From: Mustelus asterias | Lineage: Eukaryota | Direction of reading: 5' to 3' | Length of the DNA stretch: 64,000 bases | Assembly: GCF_964213995.1 (NCBI RefSeq) | Contig: NW_027590122.1 | Coordinates: 1,922,001 to 1,986,000, forward strand | In this document: one piece after another, positions 25,382 to 38,479 of the stretch | Layout of the letters: each line of letters starts with the position of its first letter | How positions within the stretch are numbered: position 1 is the stretch's first letter | The notes under the pieces: generated by a model | Databases searched by the model: none | What the model saw: only the letters and a program-made list of their open reading frames with translations | What the model was told of the DNA's origin: nothing | Made by a program: the position numbers and the translations under genes

Positions 25382-25929
25382 TCAGTTCAAGCCTCGTACA
25401 CAGTACACGTGGATTCTATCTGCTTCAAATGTTGAAATGTTTTAAAGGCTATGCAACTTGTTAAAACAATCTTCCCTCCACATTCAAAGGCCAATGATAC
25501 TCACACTCTGATTCATTGAGTATCAGATGTTGATGCGATGTTTGGTTTGCATTTCCTATCTCCAAATCCTCTGCTTCTAATAACCTGATAAAGGAGTTTA
25601 AAAAGTCATCACTGTCAGTACAAGATAGAAATTCAAAACAGACAGTTCTCATTTGGTGGAATATTTTTCACTTTCATTCCCCAAATGACTTTGACCCTGA
25701 ATTGATCGTTAATTAAATATTTTCTCCACAAATCCTCAGCTTCTAATATGCTGTCAATGGGGTTTACAAATGTAACCAAATGTCAGTCCAGGACAGAAAC
25801 TCTGAACAGGCAATTCTAGTTTCTCTGGAACATTTTATCCTCTCTTATTCCCCCAAATCTGTAAATTCCCGTCCCACACACTCTCTGGATATCCAAATTA
25901 AGTTTTAGATAATTTTTTCCAGATCCTTT

Positions 25930-26225
25930 TAAAGTAAAGTCCATTTATTAGTCACAAGTAGGCTTACATTAACACCGCAATGAAGTTACCATGAAAATCC
26001 CCGAGTCGCCACACTCCAGCGTCTGTTCGGGTACACTGAGAGAGAATTTATCATGGCCAATGCACCTAACCAGCACATTTTTCAGATTGTGGGAGGAAAC
26101 CGGAGCACCCGGAGGAAACCCAACGCAGACACGGGGAGGACATGCAAACTCCACACAGACCCAATCTGGGAAACGAACCCAGGTCCCTGACGCTGAAAAG
26201 CAGCAGTGCTAACCACTGTACCATT
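25930..26225 (-). mobile_element. HE1-head SINE variant with an alternative tail
   Basis: Same head and core, but ends GTAAGCCTACTTGTGACTAATAAA. Confidence 0.85.
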
Positions 26226-26267
26226 TGTCAAATTTTTGACAAATTTAACAAAAAAACCCAATTTTAA

Positions 26268-26612
26268 GGGCGGCACGGTAGCAGAGTGGTTAGCACTGCT
26301 GCTTCACAGCTCCAGGGACCTGGGTTCGATTCCCGGCTTGGGTCACTGTCTGTGTGGAGTTTGCACATTCTCCTCGTGTCTGCGTGGGTTTCCTCCGGGT
26401 GCTCCGGTTTCCTCCCACAGTCCAAAGGTGTGCGGGTTAGGTTGATTGGCCATGCTAAAAATTGCCCCTTAGTGTCCTGGGATGCATAGATTAGAGGGAT
26501 TAGCGGGTAAAAATATGTAGGGATATGGGGGTAGGGCCTGGGTGGGATTGTGGTCGGTGTAGACTCGATGGGCCGAATGGCCTCTTTCTGCACTGTAGGG
26601 TTTCTATGATTT
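26268..26612 (+). mobile_element. HE1-like SINE, full length
   Basis: Near-identical to 6013-6356. Confidence 0.92.
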
Positions 26613-26929
26613 AACAAAAATAACAAACTGAACATAATTTCATTCATACCTTGTGACAAAACAGGAATTTGAATCTTGTGCCCAGAATGGAATGTGTGGA
26701 GATTTTCTCAGAGAAACCTCAGTCACCCTCACTGAGACTAACTTTAAATTGCAGATTGTATGAATTGAATGGATTTGAAGCCCTGTCCCCAGAACATTGC
26801 GCTGTCTCTCTGGATTACTAATGCAGTGACATTGTCACTCGGTCAGTGTGTCCCCTTCTCTCTTTGTTGGAGATGGTTTGAGGGGAGAAGCCGGAAGCAG
26901 TGGACAGGGAGAGTGGAGAATGTTCATTG

Positions 26930-27440
26930 TAAACCCCGCCCCCCCGGCACTGACCTCTCACCCGACACCTCACAATGCCCGGGGACTGATTGACGGCAGC
27001 TCCGGGCCAATAGAAGGAGAGGAGGCTGGACGGTCGCGAGGGAGCTGCTGGTCCTCCGACCAATCGGAGTGAATGAGGGGCGGGGCTGAGTGAAGCATGC
27101 GCAGTGTGATTAATGGCGGTGGAGACATTCTTTCTCGGATCCACAATCAGTAAAGGTGGGAATGGCGGGGCGGAGGACGCGATAGACCAGGCGGGGGTTT
27201 GGAGAGGCGTCGTAAACATGTTACGTAAACTGAGAACTCTTGAAAAGAACCGAGCGATATCAGAGGATGGTCCCAGCCCTCAGCGCAGAGCAGGGCCTCA
27301 GCATTCTCCCAGTTACAGACCCGGGTTCATCAGGGCCATCGTCATCGGGGAACGAGCAACACGGCGCGTGCGCAGTCGCCGTCTTCAGTCGGCGCGCGAG
27401 CAACACGGCGCATGCGCAGTCGCCATCTTTGTTTGGGGCA
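26930..27440. promoter_or_regulatory. Probable bidirectional CpG promoter between the minus-strand (24.8 kb) and plus-strand (29.2 kb) ZNF genes
   Basis: CCAAT/GC module; duplicated GAGCAACACGGCGC(G/A)TGCGCAGTCGCC; GCCATCTTT (YY1-like). Confidence 0.7.
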
Positions 27441-27559
27441 ATGTTTTGGAATTACCACTGACAGAATGTGAATAACTTGACCATCGACCTGCTTCACCCT
27501 TTCACTTCCAATTTCTTACTGACGAGAACAACGATATCAGGGCAGTTGCAATCATTTAT

Positions 27560-28735
27560 ATTCATATTGTGTCTTTAACATAATAAAACAGCCCCAGACA
27601 TTTTCTCACAAATATTAGACAGTGACATTTGATACTGAGCTATATTAGGACAGGTGACCAAATGTTTGGTCAAAGAGGTGGGTTTTAAAGAAAGCAGAGG
27701 TGATGGACAGGCAGAGAGATTTGAAGAAGAGATTGCAGAGCTTGTGGCCTGTGCAACTGAAAGGATGATTTGTAATGGTATAATGATTAAAACTGAGAAT
27801 GCTCAAGAGGAATTAGATTATCGTTGAGATCTCAGAGGAGTGTGTGGCTGGAGAAGATTACAGACACAGGAATGATTGTAACCATGGAGGAAAACAAAGA
27901 TGAGAATTTTAAAATTCTGATGCTTCTTAAAAGGAAGCATTTGTAGATCAGCAAGCATAGGGGCGATGGGTGAACATGATTTGGTGTGAGTAAGCACATG
28001 GGCAGTTTAGGATGGTTTGGAGGGGGCTGCTTAATGTTGGAGGCCGGTTGGAACTGTATTGGAATTGTTTAATCTGGAGGTAAGAAAGGAATGGATGATG
28101 GATTCTGCAGCGACATGATGGCACAGTGGTTAGCACTGCTGCCTCACAGTGCCAGGGACCCGGGTTTGATTCCCAGCTTGGGTCACTGTCTGTCTGGAGT
28201 CTCCACATTCTCCCCGTGTCTGCGTGGGTTTCCTCCGGGTGCTCCGGTTTCCTCCCATACTCCAGAGATGTGTGGATTAAGTTGATTGGCTATGCTAAGT
28301 TGCCCCTTAGTGTCAGGGTTTAGCAGGGTAAATACATGGGGCAATGGGGATAGGGCCGAGGTGGGATTGTTGTCGGTGTGGGCTTTATGGGCCGAATATC
28401 CTCCTTCTGCACTGTAGAGATTCTATGATTAACTGAGGCTAAGGCAGAGTTGGGGGATGTTACTGAGGTGGAAATAGATGATTTTGGTGATGATGATGAT
28501 GTGGATATGTGGTCTAAAACTCTTCTCAAGTAAGACACCATGGTTGTGAACAACTTAGTTCAGCTTCAGATATTTAACATGGAGAGGGTGGAGTCAGTTG
28601 TGAGGGTGGTGAAGTTTGTAGTGGGGACTGAAGACAATGACTCCAGTCTTCCCGATATTCAAATGCTGGAAACTTCTGCTCATGCAGTAATTGATGTCAG
28701 ACAAGTCAGGATGTTGTATGAGTTGGAGGGGAACT
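27560..28735 (-). mobile_element. L2-type LINE 3' fragment interrupted by an HE1-like SINE (28110-28430, plus strand)
   Basis: ATATTAGGACAGGTGACCAAATGTTTGGTCAAAGAGG L2 3' signature; SINE boxes at 28120-28175. Confidence 0.65.
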
Positions 28736-29223
28736 AGGAGGTGATAATCTTCACATGCACCTACTACCCTGGTCCAGCTAAATGGTGGAGGTTGAGAGAT
28801 TAGGAGATTCTCTCAGAGTTCTGGTCAGGATGTAGATGTAGAGAAACCCTCTCCTTCACCCTCTGATTCTTCCACCTCTCTCTCACCCCTTCGATAGATA
28901 TTGGTTCATGTGTCAGTCCAGACCAGGCGGCAGGTTTCCTTCCCTGAAGCACATTAGTGAATCAGTTGGGTTTTTATGACTATCCAGCAGTTTTCATGGT
29001 CACTTTTTCTTAATGCCGGCCCCACAAATTACCCCATTCATTCAGCTCAATTTCACAACCTGTTTTTGTGTGTTCTCTCTCACTCCCTTTTTTTCTGTTT
29101 TAAATCAATTTCACAGTGTCTTAGAAGATTAGGATTTGCAGTTGGGAAACTGAAACCAAATTCCACATCAGGATCTCAGAGTCGCCTAATTTTTTGTGAC
29201 CGGAATATCATCGGATTTTGAAC

Positions 29224-30177
29224 ATGGAAGGAAAAAGCACCGTTCACAGTGGGGAGAAACCATACTCGTGTTCCGTTTGCGGACAAGACTTCAACCAATC
29301 ATCTGGCCTGTTCAAACATAAATGCAGTCATGATGGGGAGAAGCCGTGGAAATGTGGGGTCTGTGGGAAGGGATTCAATTACCCATCCCAGCTGGAAACC
29401 CATCGGCGTGGTCACACCGGGGAGAGGCCGTTCACCTGCTCGGACTGCGGGAAGGGATTCACTAAGTTATCCACCCTGCAAAATCACCAGCGCACACACA
29501 CTGGGCAGAGGCCATTCACCTGCTCTTTGTGTGGGAAGGGATTCACTCAGTCATCCACCCTGATTAAACACAAACTAATTCACACTGGGGAGAGACCATT
29601 CACCTGCTCTGTGTGTGGGATGGGATTCACTCAGTCATCCACGCTGCTGACACACCAGCGAGTTCACACCGGGGAGAAGCGATTCACCTGCTCTGAGTGT
29701 GGAAAGGGATTCACTCACAAATCCACCCTGCTGACACACCAGCAAGTTCACACGAGGCAGAGACCATTCACCTGCTCCCAGTGTGGGAAGGGATTTGTTA
29801 ATTCATCCATCCTAATTACACACCAAAGAGGCCACACTGATGAGAGACCGTTTAAGTGTCTGAAGTGTGGGAAATGTTTTAAAACCTCGCAGGAACTGGT
29901 GTCCCATCAACAAGTTCACACTGACGAGAAACCATTCAGATGCTCTCACTGTGGGACTGGGTTCAGGCGATCATCTCATCTCACTGTCCATCAGCGGGTT
30001 CACACCGGGGAGAGACCATTCACCTGCACCAAGTGTGGGAAGAGATTCACTCAGTCATCCGCATTGCTGAGACACCAGCAAGTTCACACCGGGGAGAGAC
30101 CGTTCACCTGCGCCAAGTGTGGGAAGAGATTCACTCAGTCATCCGCATTGCTGAGACATCAGCAAGTTCATAAATAA
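29224..30177 (+). CDS. C2H2 zinc-finger protein, 11 fingers
   Basis: Uninterrupted ORF from ATG ([13 protein letters not shown]) to TAA; the last two fingers are a near-identical 84-bp duplication. Confidence 0.88.
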   Translation: MEGKSTVHSGEKPYSCSVCGQDFNQSSGLFKHKCSHDGEKPWKCGVCGKGFNYPSQLETHRRGHTGERPFTCSDCGKGFTKLSTLQNHQRTHTGQRPFTCSLCGKGFTQSSTLIKHKLIHTGERPFTCSVCGMGFTQSSTLLTHQRVHTGEKRFTCSECGKGFTHKSTLLTHQQVHTRQRPFTCSQCGKGFVNSSILITHQRGHTDERPFKCLKCGKCFKTSQELVSHQQVHTDEKPFRCSHCGTGFRRSSHLTVHQRVHTGERPFTCTKCGKRFTQSSALLRHQQVHTGERPFTCAKCGKRFTQSSALLRHQQVHK

Positions 30178-30699
30178 CTGGAGATTGGATGTTGTTGTCA
30201 ATCACACTGTGGTCTGCACCTGCTGATGTTAATAAACTTCAGGCCAGTAATAGAGGCGAATATTCTGCACAAAATTCAAATACACCATCTTTGTGTTAAT
30301 GTATTCTCTGTTGTCTTTTTAAAAAATGTGTGAATGGTTCTCCTTTTGAAGGGCCTCTCCCCCGTCTCCTCCATCCTCATCTTCAACAACAAGTGTGAGG
30401 AGCTCGTGGAGCTTCTTTGTCTCTAAGATTGAGACAATCTGATCAGCTGCTTCCCTCCCTTCCACTGGACCACCAGACAAAACTCTCTCTGAAATTTCCC
30501 TTTTTCCAAGTACTGAACTCACATCTTTCTCCAATTCTTCTGCTATCTCCCATTAAACCCTCTCACTGCTCATATTGTCCATGAGACCTCTCTTCATCTC
30601 CCTTTACCCTCTAAACCACTGATAACCCAACTTCCCCATATTATTTAATATTGTCAATGGTTCTCTCTTTTGATACTGTCCCTCTCATCTGTAACTCAC

Positions 30700-31720
30700 C
30701 TTCACTAGTGAATCTCCTCTGCACCCCCTCCAATGCAATCACATCCTTCTTATAATGTGGCGACCAGAACTGCACACAGTATTCTAGCAGTGACCTCACC
30801 ACAGTTCTATGCAACTCCAACATGACTTCCTTGCTTTTGTAATCTATACCTCAATTGATAAAGGCAAGTGTCCTACATGTCTTTTTCACCAGCCTACTAA
30901 CATACACTTCTGTCCTCAGAGATCTATAGACAATCACACCCAGGTCTCTTTGTTCCACAGAGCTTACTAGTGTCATGCCGTTCACTGAATTTTTCCTTGT
31001 CAAATTACTCCTTCCAAAAAGTGTGTCGCCTCACACTCAGTCTACCACTTATCTGCCCATTTGACCATTCTGTCTATATCTTCCTGTAGCCCAAGACACT
31101 CACCCTCACTGATTTTGATTTGATTTGATTTGTTATTGTCACATGTTTCTTGCACGCTATAAGACAAAACATACCATTCATAGAGAAGGAAACGAGAGAG
31201 TGCAGAATATAATGTTACAGTCATAGCTAGGGCGTAGAGAAAGATCAACTTAATGCAAGGTAAGTCCATTCAAAAGTCAGACAGTAGCAGGGAAGAAGCT
31301 GTTCTTGAGTCAGTTGGTACGTGACCTCAGACTTTTGTATCTTTTTCCCGAACGAAGAAGGTGGAAGAGAGAATGACCAGGGTGCGTGGGGTCCTTAACT
31401 ATGCTGGCTGCTTTGCTGAGGCAGCGGGAAGTGTAGCAGAGTCAATGGATGGGAGGCTGGTTTGAGTGATGTATTGGGCTCCATTCACGACCTTTTGTAG
31501 TTCCTTGCGGTCTTGGGCAGCTCACCTGGCCAATCTTTGTATCATCCTCAAACCTACCAATCCTATCCCCCACATAGTCATCTATGTCATTTATATAAAT
31601 GATAATAGTGGCCCGCCACTGGACCCTGGCCTCCAGTTACTAAAGCAGCCTTCTGTCATCACCCTCTGTCTCCAACAACTGAGCCAATGTTAAATCCACT
31701 TTATCAAATTACCCAGTATC
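30700..31720 (-). mobile_element. CR1 fragment with a nested Rex1-type 3' end (31110-31520)
   Basis: LEYCVQFWSPHYKKDV; (GATTT)n tail of the nested element at 31110-31130. Confidence 0.8.
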
Positions 31721-32080
31721 CCATGCCCACTATTTTGAGGAAGAGCAGGGGAATTATCCCGAGTCCAGGCCAATATCTATCAATCAACATCACTAAAAAC
31801 ACATCAACAGACATTGTTTGTGGGCTCTTGCTGTGTGTAAATTGGCTGCCACATTTCCTAAATTACAACAGTGACTACACTTCAGAATGGCTGTAAAATG
31901 TTCTGGGACTTACTGTGGATGTGTAAGATGCTATGTAAATGCAAGTCTGTAAATGTAAGATGTTATCTGATCCAACCATTACAATATAATGATCTATTAG
32001 ATTACACTTCAAATCTACTTCATTGGCTGTAAAATGCTTTCGGAGATCCTGTGGTCCTGAAAGTTGCTGTAGAAATGTAA
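31720..32080 (+). mobile_element. DeuSINE (SacSINE1-like) fragment plus a second tail fragment
   Basis: GAAGAGCAGGGG...GGCCAATAT Deu-domain-like stretch and ACAACAGTGACTACACTTC...GCTGTAAA L2-type tail. Confidence 0.65.
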
Positions 32081-32089
32081 CTGCGGTTG

Positions 32090-32480
32090 AACAATGCGAA
32101 CAGGGGGTCTGTAGCTGCCAGTTCTGGATTCCCAGCCTACACAGGGTGTTTATTTAGCCTCTCAAACCCAAATACCGGCCCCATTCCTCCCGCTCACCTC
32201 CAGTTTCTGAATCTGAATCGCTGTCAATTTCCCTCCAACAACATCGCTCCAGTATCGGCACTGCGCATGCTCCCGTTCGCAATGCCCGTGGATTGATTGA
32301 CGGCAGCTCCGGACCAATAGAAAGATGGGGCGGGGCTGGAGCACCGAGCGGGAGCGGCTGGTCCTCCAACCAATCGGAGTGAATGAGGGGCGGGGCTGGA
32401 GGACCGAGCGGGAGTGGCTGTTCCTCCAACCAATGGGAGTGAATGGCGGGGGGCGGGGAGAGCCTGGAGCTCCCTCATTG
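32090..32480 (-). promoter_or_regulatory. CCAAT/GC promoter module with an internal 60-bp tandem duplication and no adjacent ZNF body
   Basis: Repeats at 32327-32386 and 32387-32446; TGCGCATGCTC; exon-1 motif at about 32125-32160. Confidence 0.6.
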
Positions 32481-32496
32481 GCTGAAACTCTGCATC

Positions 32497-32750
32497 AAAG
32501 TAAAGTTTATTTATCAGTCACAAGTAGGCTTACATTAACACCGCAATGAAGTTACTGTAAAATTTCCCTAGTCGCCACACTCCGGCGCCTGTTCGGGTCA
32601 ATGCACCTAACCAGCACGTCTTTCAGACTGTGGGAGGAAACCGGAGGAAACTCACGCAGACACAGGGAGAATGTGCAAACTCCACACAGACAGTGACCCA
32701 AGCCGGGAATCGAACCCGGGTCCTTGGCGCTGTGAGGCAGCAGTGCTGCC
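32497..32750 (-). mobile_element. SINE variant (alternative tail)
   Basis: Same as 25930-26225. Confidence 0.85.
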
Positions 32751-33149
32751 TTCATTTTAAAAGTTGCTCTGTGTCAAACTCCAGGAGAAAACTGGACCTT
32801 TCTGTTTGTGGCTTTAAACAGATGGAGCCCAGTGGGTTCGGAGCAAACAGATCAACATTTGTCACTGAAATGTGGGAGCATGAGAGAGCAATTCACAACA
32901 ATTGTAGGGCTGAGTTAAAGGAATAACTGAGCAGACAGGGATTGTCACCATTAAAACAACAGACCCTTGTTTCAGTAAATGAACCGACAAGAGGGTTAGG
33001 GCAGGTTTGGATAAGGTTAATACTGTCATCATTCAGAACAACACAGACTATAAAGGAACAACTGATCTGAGAGAAAAATTCATGTGCTGTGAGGGAGAGG
33101 TATGCTGAATCAGGTTCAAAGATCTTAAATAATGTTTCTTCTTGAATCA

Positions 33150-33685
33150 CTACAGTGGAGAAAGAGGCCAGTCAGCCCATCGAGTCTCACCGACTCTTCC
33201 TCGGCTTACCCCTAACCCATACACTAAGAGGCAATTTGCCATGGCCAATCCACCTAACCTGCACATCTTGGGAGTGTGGGAGGAAACTGGAGCACTCTGA
33301 GCAAACCTATGCAGACACAGGGAGAACGTGCAAACTCCACACAGAGAGCTGTGGCACAGTGGTTAGCACTGCTACCTCAGAGTGCCAGGGATCCGGTTCA
33401 ATTCCGGTCTTGGGTGACTGTCTGTGTGAAGTTCGCATGTTCTCTCCGTATCTGCATGGGTTTCCTCCGGGTGCTCAGGTTTCCTCCCACAGTCTGAAAG
33501 ACATGCTGGTTAGGTGCATTGGCTGTGCTAAATTCTCCTTCAGTGTACCCAAACAGGCGCCGAGTGTGGCGACTAGGGGATTTTCATAGTAACTTCATTG
33601 CAGTGTTAATGTAAGCTTACTTGTAATACCTGAACCCAGAATTGAACTCAGGTCCCTGGCGCTGCTGATCACTGTGCCACCCTGC
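33150..33685. mobile_element. Minus-strand HE1-like SINE split by a plus-strand SINE variant (33349-33627)
   Basis: Minus copy breaks at CCACACAGA (about 33345); its head resumes at about 33630-33685. Confidence 0.8.
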
Positions 33686-35211
33686 TGCCTGTGTTTTGAA
33701 AAATCATGTTAAAATCTGGAACTCAGATGGAATGATGGATTGGTGTTAAGTGGGAAAGTCTGGATCACTGCATTACTCCAGAGAACCTTGGAATCAGATT
33801 TACAGAATGGATTCCTGTAATAGTGGCAATCCCATTGCTATGTGTTGGTCAGACTGAGGGAAGTATTTAAACTGGACACCACAGGTGTGTTAAAGGATAA
33901 CATACTCATGGAATTTATGAATTATCTGAAAGAATATTGAGAGCAAAAAAATCAATCTGGAAAATTGTAGTCACTTCACGTTGTTCCAGGAGAAGTGGGA
34001 TTAGGTTGTGTAGATGTCAGGTTTTACACAGCACACAGTCAGCCTGTGGTTTCACCCTGGACGAAGAATCTCTGAATTGTACCATTCAAATCACTCAATG
34101 GGTTTATCAGGGGCCAGAATGTCTGCTCAGAAAGAGGAAGGTTGGTGTGAAACCAATGAGAAGTAACACAGACACTCACAGACACCCTCACACACACAGA
34201 CTCTCAGATGCCTCAAAATATCTCCTGTTACTTTATTGTTCTTAGATTTTTTGAAATAAATCCTGAATGAATTATAAAATCACACACAAATACTTGTTGA
34301 GCATTCCCTGAAAGACATCGATACTGTTCATTTCACTCCCTGTGGTCATGATTTCCATATTCTCACCACTCTTTGGGTGGAGAAATTTATCTTGGATTTC
34401 CTATTGGGTTTCTTGGCGACTGTCTTGTATTGATGGTCTCCAGTTTTGCTTTCTCCAAAAGAAGAAACATTATTTCAAAACCTTTTATAATTTTGAAGCC
34501 CTCTATTAGGTTACTCCTCAGCCTTAATTTTTCAAGAAAGCGTGAGCATGTCAATCCTTTCCTGATAGATAACCAAACACACAGTTTCAAAATCATTTAT
34601 GGGATGTGGACATCGCTGGCTTGGCCAGCATTTATTGCTAACCTCTGATTGACCTTGAGAAGGTGATGGTGAGCTGTTTTCTACATTTCTGGTATCATCA
34701 TTAAAAATCATCTCTGTACCCTTCTCCAGTGCAGAGATATCTTTTTTATAATACGGTGACCAGAATGGCATGCAGTGGTCGGTAAGATTCTTGATCAGGG
34801 AGTCACAGGTTATCCAAAAGTGGTTTGAGCTTATCCATGGTTTTAAATCAGAATATTAAGAAGCAACAATTTAGAAATGATGCATAATAAACAGGGGGAA
34901 TAAAACAGCAGACCCATGGCAGGTGACTAGCTGGGGTCTCAGCACTGATCCTGCATTACCACAATAATCACTGCCTGCCAGTTGGAAAAAGACCTGTTTA
35001 ATCTTACTCTATTTCCTGTCTGCCAACAAGTTTTCAATCTCAATACATTCGCCCCAATCCCATGTGCTTCAATTTTTATGAAGAAGTTGCTGTGTTGGTG
35101 GACGAGGGGAATCGGGTTCACATTTTCTATCTCAGGGCATAATCATCAACAACTTGTATTTACACAGAGTGTTGTGGGACTGGAGGAGGTTACTGAGATA
35201 CTGAGGAACTT

Positions 35212-35565
35212 TTTAAAATTCATTTTTACTGGATATAAGCGTCACTTGCTGGGCCAGCATTTCTTGCCCATCTCTAACTGCCCTCCATTTCAGAGGGCAT
35301 TTGAGAGTCAACCACATTGCTGTGGGTCTGGAGTCACATGTAGGCCAGACCAAGTAAGGATGGCAGGTTTCCTTCCCGAAAGGACATGACTGAACCAGAG
35401 TGGTTTTGACAACGATCAACAATGGTTGAGGTTTGTCATTAGACTTTTAATTCGAGATTTTAATTGAATTCAAATGTCACCATTGACTGTGGTGGGATTC
35501 GAACCTGGGTCCCCAGAGCCTTACCCTGAGTCCAGTGATAATTCCACTGTGCCGCTGCCTCCCCT
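35212..35565 (-). mobile_element. Second tRNA-derived SINE family (copies also at 37625-37972 minus and 44036-44422 plus)
   Basis: GGTTCGAATCCC B box; shared body GGAAGGAAA(T/C)CTGCC..CCTTAC..GGTCTGG...GGTTGACTCT. Confidence 0.75.
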
Positions 35566-35626
35566 ATTCATCCAATTGTTATTGTTTATCTCAGGGCGCA
35601 GAAACAACAGAATCCAACTTTGCCGG

Positions 35627-37140
35627 TCACACATGAAGTCGTCTATGTTTCAGCAGGCTGTAATACTGAGTAAATCCCTTCCCACACATGGAGCAGTTGA
35701 AAGGTTTTGCCCCAGTGTGAACTCGCTGGTGTCTCTGCAGGCGGGATGGATCAGTGAATCCCTTCCCACACACAGAGCAGGTGAACGGCTTCTCCCCGGT
35801 GTGAACTCGCTGGTGTGTCTGCAGGCGGGATGGATCAGTGAATCCCTTCCCACACACAGAGCAGGTGAACGGCCTGTCCCCTGTGTGAATGTATTGGTGT
35901 CTCAGCAGGCCAGACGACTGAGTGAATCTCTTGCCACAAATGGAGCAAGAGAATGGCTTCTCCCCTGTGTGAGTGCGGCGGTGTGTCCGGAGGCTGGATG
36001 ACTCGGTGAAAGCCTTCCCACACTCGGAGCAGATGAACGCCCTCTCCCCGGTGTGAACAGGCCGATGTTTCAGCAGGTGTTGTGAAGAAGCAAATGCTTT
36101 CCCGCACACAGGGCAAGCGTAAGGCCTCTCCCCTGTGTGAACACGCTCGTGCATCACAAGCTGGGATGAACAAGGAAACATCTTCCCACACACGGAGCAG
36201 AGGAATGGCCTCTCCCCAGTGTGAACTCGCCGGTGCCTCAGAAGATAGTGAGACCGAGTGAATTCCTTCCCACACACCGAGCAGGTGAACAGCTTCTCCC
36301 CAGTGTGAACTTGCTGGTGTGTCAGCTGGTCAGTTGATTGAACTTCTTCCTTTCTACACATTGAGGAGGTGAATGGTTTCCCTCCAGTGTGAATACTCTT
36401 GTGTGTCAAAAGGTGTGAAAATCGAGTGAATCTCTCCCACACAGGGAGCAGAGGAATGGCCTCTCCCCAGTGTGAACTCGCTTGTGTGTCAGAAGATGAG
36501 ATGAATGAGCGAATCTCTTCCCACAAACAGAACAGGGGTACGGCTTCTCCCCGGTGTGAGTGCCCTGGTGTCTCAGCAGACTAATCCTTCTTTTGAAGGT
36601 CTTCTCACATTTAAAACATTTAAAATGTCTCTTCTGAGAATGAACCAGTTGGTGAACGGTGCAGTGGGAGGACTGAGTGAATCTCTTCACACACTGGGAG
36701 CAGCTGAATGGCCTGTCCTTGGTGTGAACTTGTTGGTGCTCAGTGAGATGCACTGAGTCACTGAATGACTCTCCACAATGAGTGCAGCTGAACGGTCTCT
36801 CGTGTGTGTGAAGGAGCTGGTGCTCTGCAAGGCGGGAGGACTGGCTGAACCTCTTCCCGCAGTGGGAGCAGCTGAACGGTCTCTTGTCAGTGTGAAGGAG
36901 CTGGTGTTGGGCCTGTTCCTCAGGCGTCTCAACGCTGTCCCCAGAGTCAGAGCTTTGAAGAGGCTTCTCATCAATGTGATCGAGTTGGTGAGCCAGCAGG
37001 TTGGACGAACACATGAATTTCTTCCCACACACGGAGCAGGTGAATGAACTCTCACTATTGCGAGCTCGCTGTCATGTCAGCATGTTTACCAGCTGATCAA
37101 TCCCTTCCCACAGGAGGAGCAGATGAACGGATTCTCACCA
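35627..37140 (-). pseudogene. Long C2H2 ZNF (about 18 fingers, some degenerate) with a 1-nt frameshift
   Basis: Overlapping ORFs 36406-37032 and 35627-36526 joined by a missing A in GGG-AAG-AGA near 36435; stop in the first finger; no PWKC leader finger. Confidence 0.8.
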
Positions 37141-37293
37141 GCTTCCTGCTGAGATGGTCAATTAAATCCCTTCAGATGCACAAATTTTCAGATCCCGATG
37201 AACCGATTGACTGTCAGACGTGAGATTCGATCATCCAGACTGCAGATCCTTCTCTTCAATTTCCTGCAAAATCAGTTTACAAAGAATTACATG

Positions 37294-37585
37294 GATGGCA
37301 CAGTGGTTAGTACTCCTGCCTCACAGCACCAGGGACCTGGGTTCGATTGTAGCCTTGGTTACCTGTCTGTATGGAGTTTGCGCATTCTCCTCGTGTCTGT
37401 GTGGGTTTCCTCCGGGTGCTCCAGTTTCCTCCCACTCTCCAAAGATGTTCGGGTTAGGTCGTTGCCCCTTTCTGTCCCAAGATGTGTAGGTTAGGGAGAT
37501 TAGCGGGGTAAATATGTGGGGTTACGGGAATAGCCTGGGTGGGGTGGTCTGAAAGGCCTCCTTCTGCACTGTAGAAATTCTATGA
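37294..37585 (+). mobile_element. HE1-like SINE
   Basis: A/B boxes, core and tail. Confidence 0.88.
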
Positions 37586-38479
37586 ATACATGAGATACAC
37601 AAAACACAAACAGGCCAGTCTATTTTTTAAATTCATTTTTAACGGGGTGTGGGCGTCGCCGACTGGGACAGCATTTATTGCCCATCCCCAACTGCCCTCC
37701 ATTTCACAGGGCATTTGAGAGTCAACCACATTGCTGTGGGTTACATGTAGGCCAGACCAGTTAAGGCCAGCAGATTTCCATCCTTAAAGGACATCAGTGA
37801 ACCAGGTGGGTTTTTACGACAATCAACAATGGTTTCATGGTCATCATCAGACTTTTAATTGAATTTAAATTTCACCATCTGCTGTGGTGGGATTCGAACC
37901 TAGGTCCCCAGAACATTATCCTGGGTCTCTGCGTTGCTAGTCCAGTGATAGTTCCACTGTGTCACTGCCTCCGCCGCCACCCTCCCACCCCTGCCCTGAT
38001 CTGTATTGGAATTTCTAATCCACATAAATCTCCTCTCATTCTGCTCACCTTAACTCAGCTTTTCAGCTCAACTTTTTAATTCTTTTTCTCTCATGTTCTC
38101 ATCTGGTTTCCTTTTTAAAGCATCTAAAGTATTTGTCTCAACCACTTCCAGTCGCAGTGAGTTCCATATTCTAACAAGAAATAAATAACTCCTCCTGTTT
38201 GATTTATTCGTCTCTGTTGTCTGTACATGGTTCCCAGTATTGGAAACACCAACAAGTGGAAACATTCCATTCCCATCTACCTACTTATCCCATTCAGAAA
38301 GCCCATATCAGAAGAGACAACATTTTTCTCTTGGTTTGAGCTTATTGTGTGTAAATCCTCCCTTTCTAACCCCCTGTTTAAGAAAAAGTATCCAAAATCC
38401 ATCACGATAGAAAATCGCAATATTGTCTCAGGTACAAGTAATTCAGAAAACTATTATTTATTGTGAGGGGAATTGAGTA

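Noticed and set aside
35474-37055. Antisense and alternate-frame ORFs over ZNF arrays (MWEGIH..., ...[10 protein letters not shown]...)
   Set aside because: By-products of the repetitive finger codon pattern
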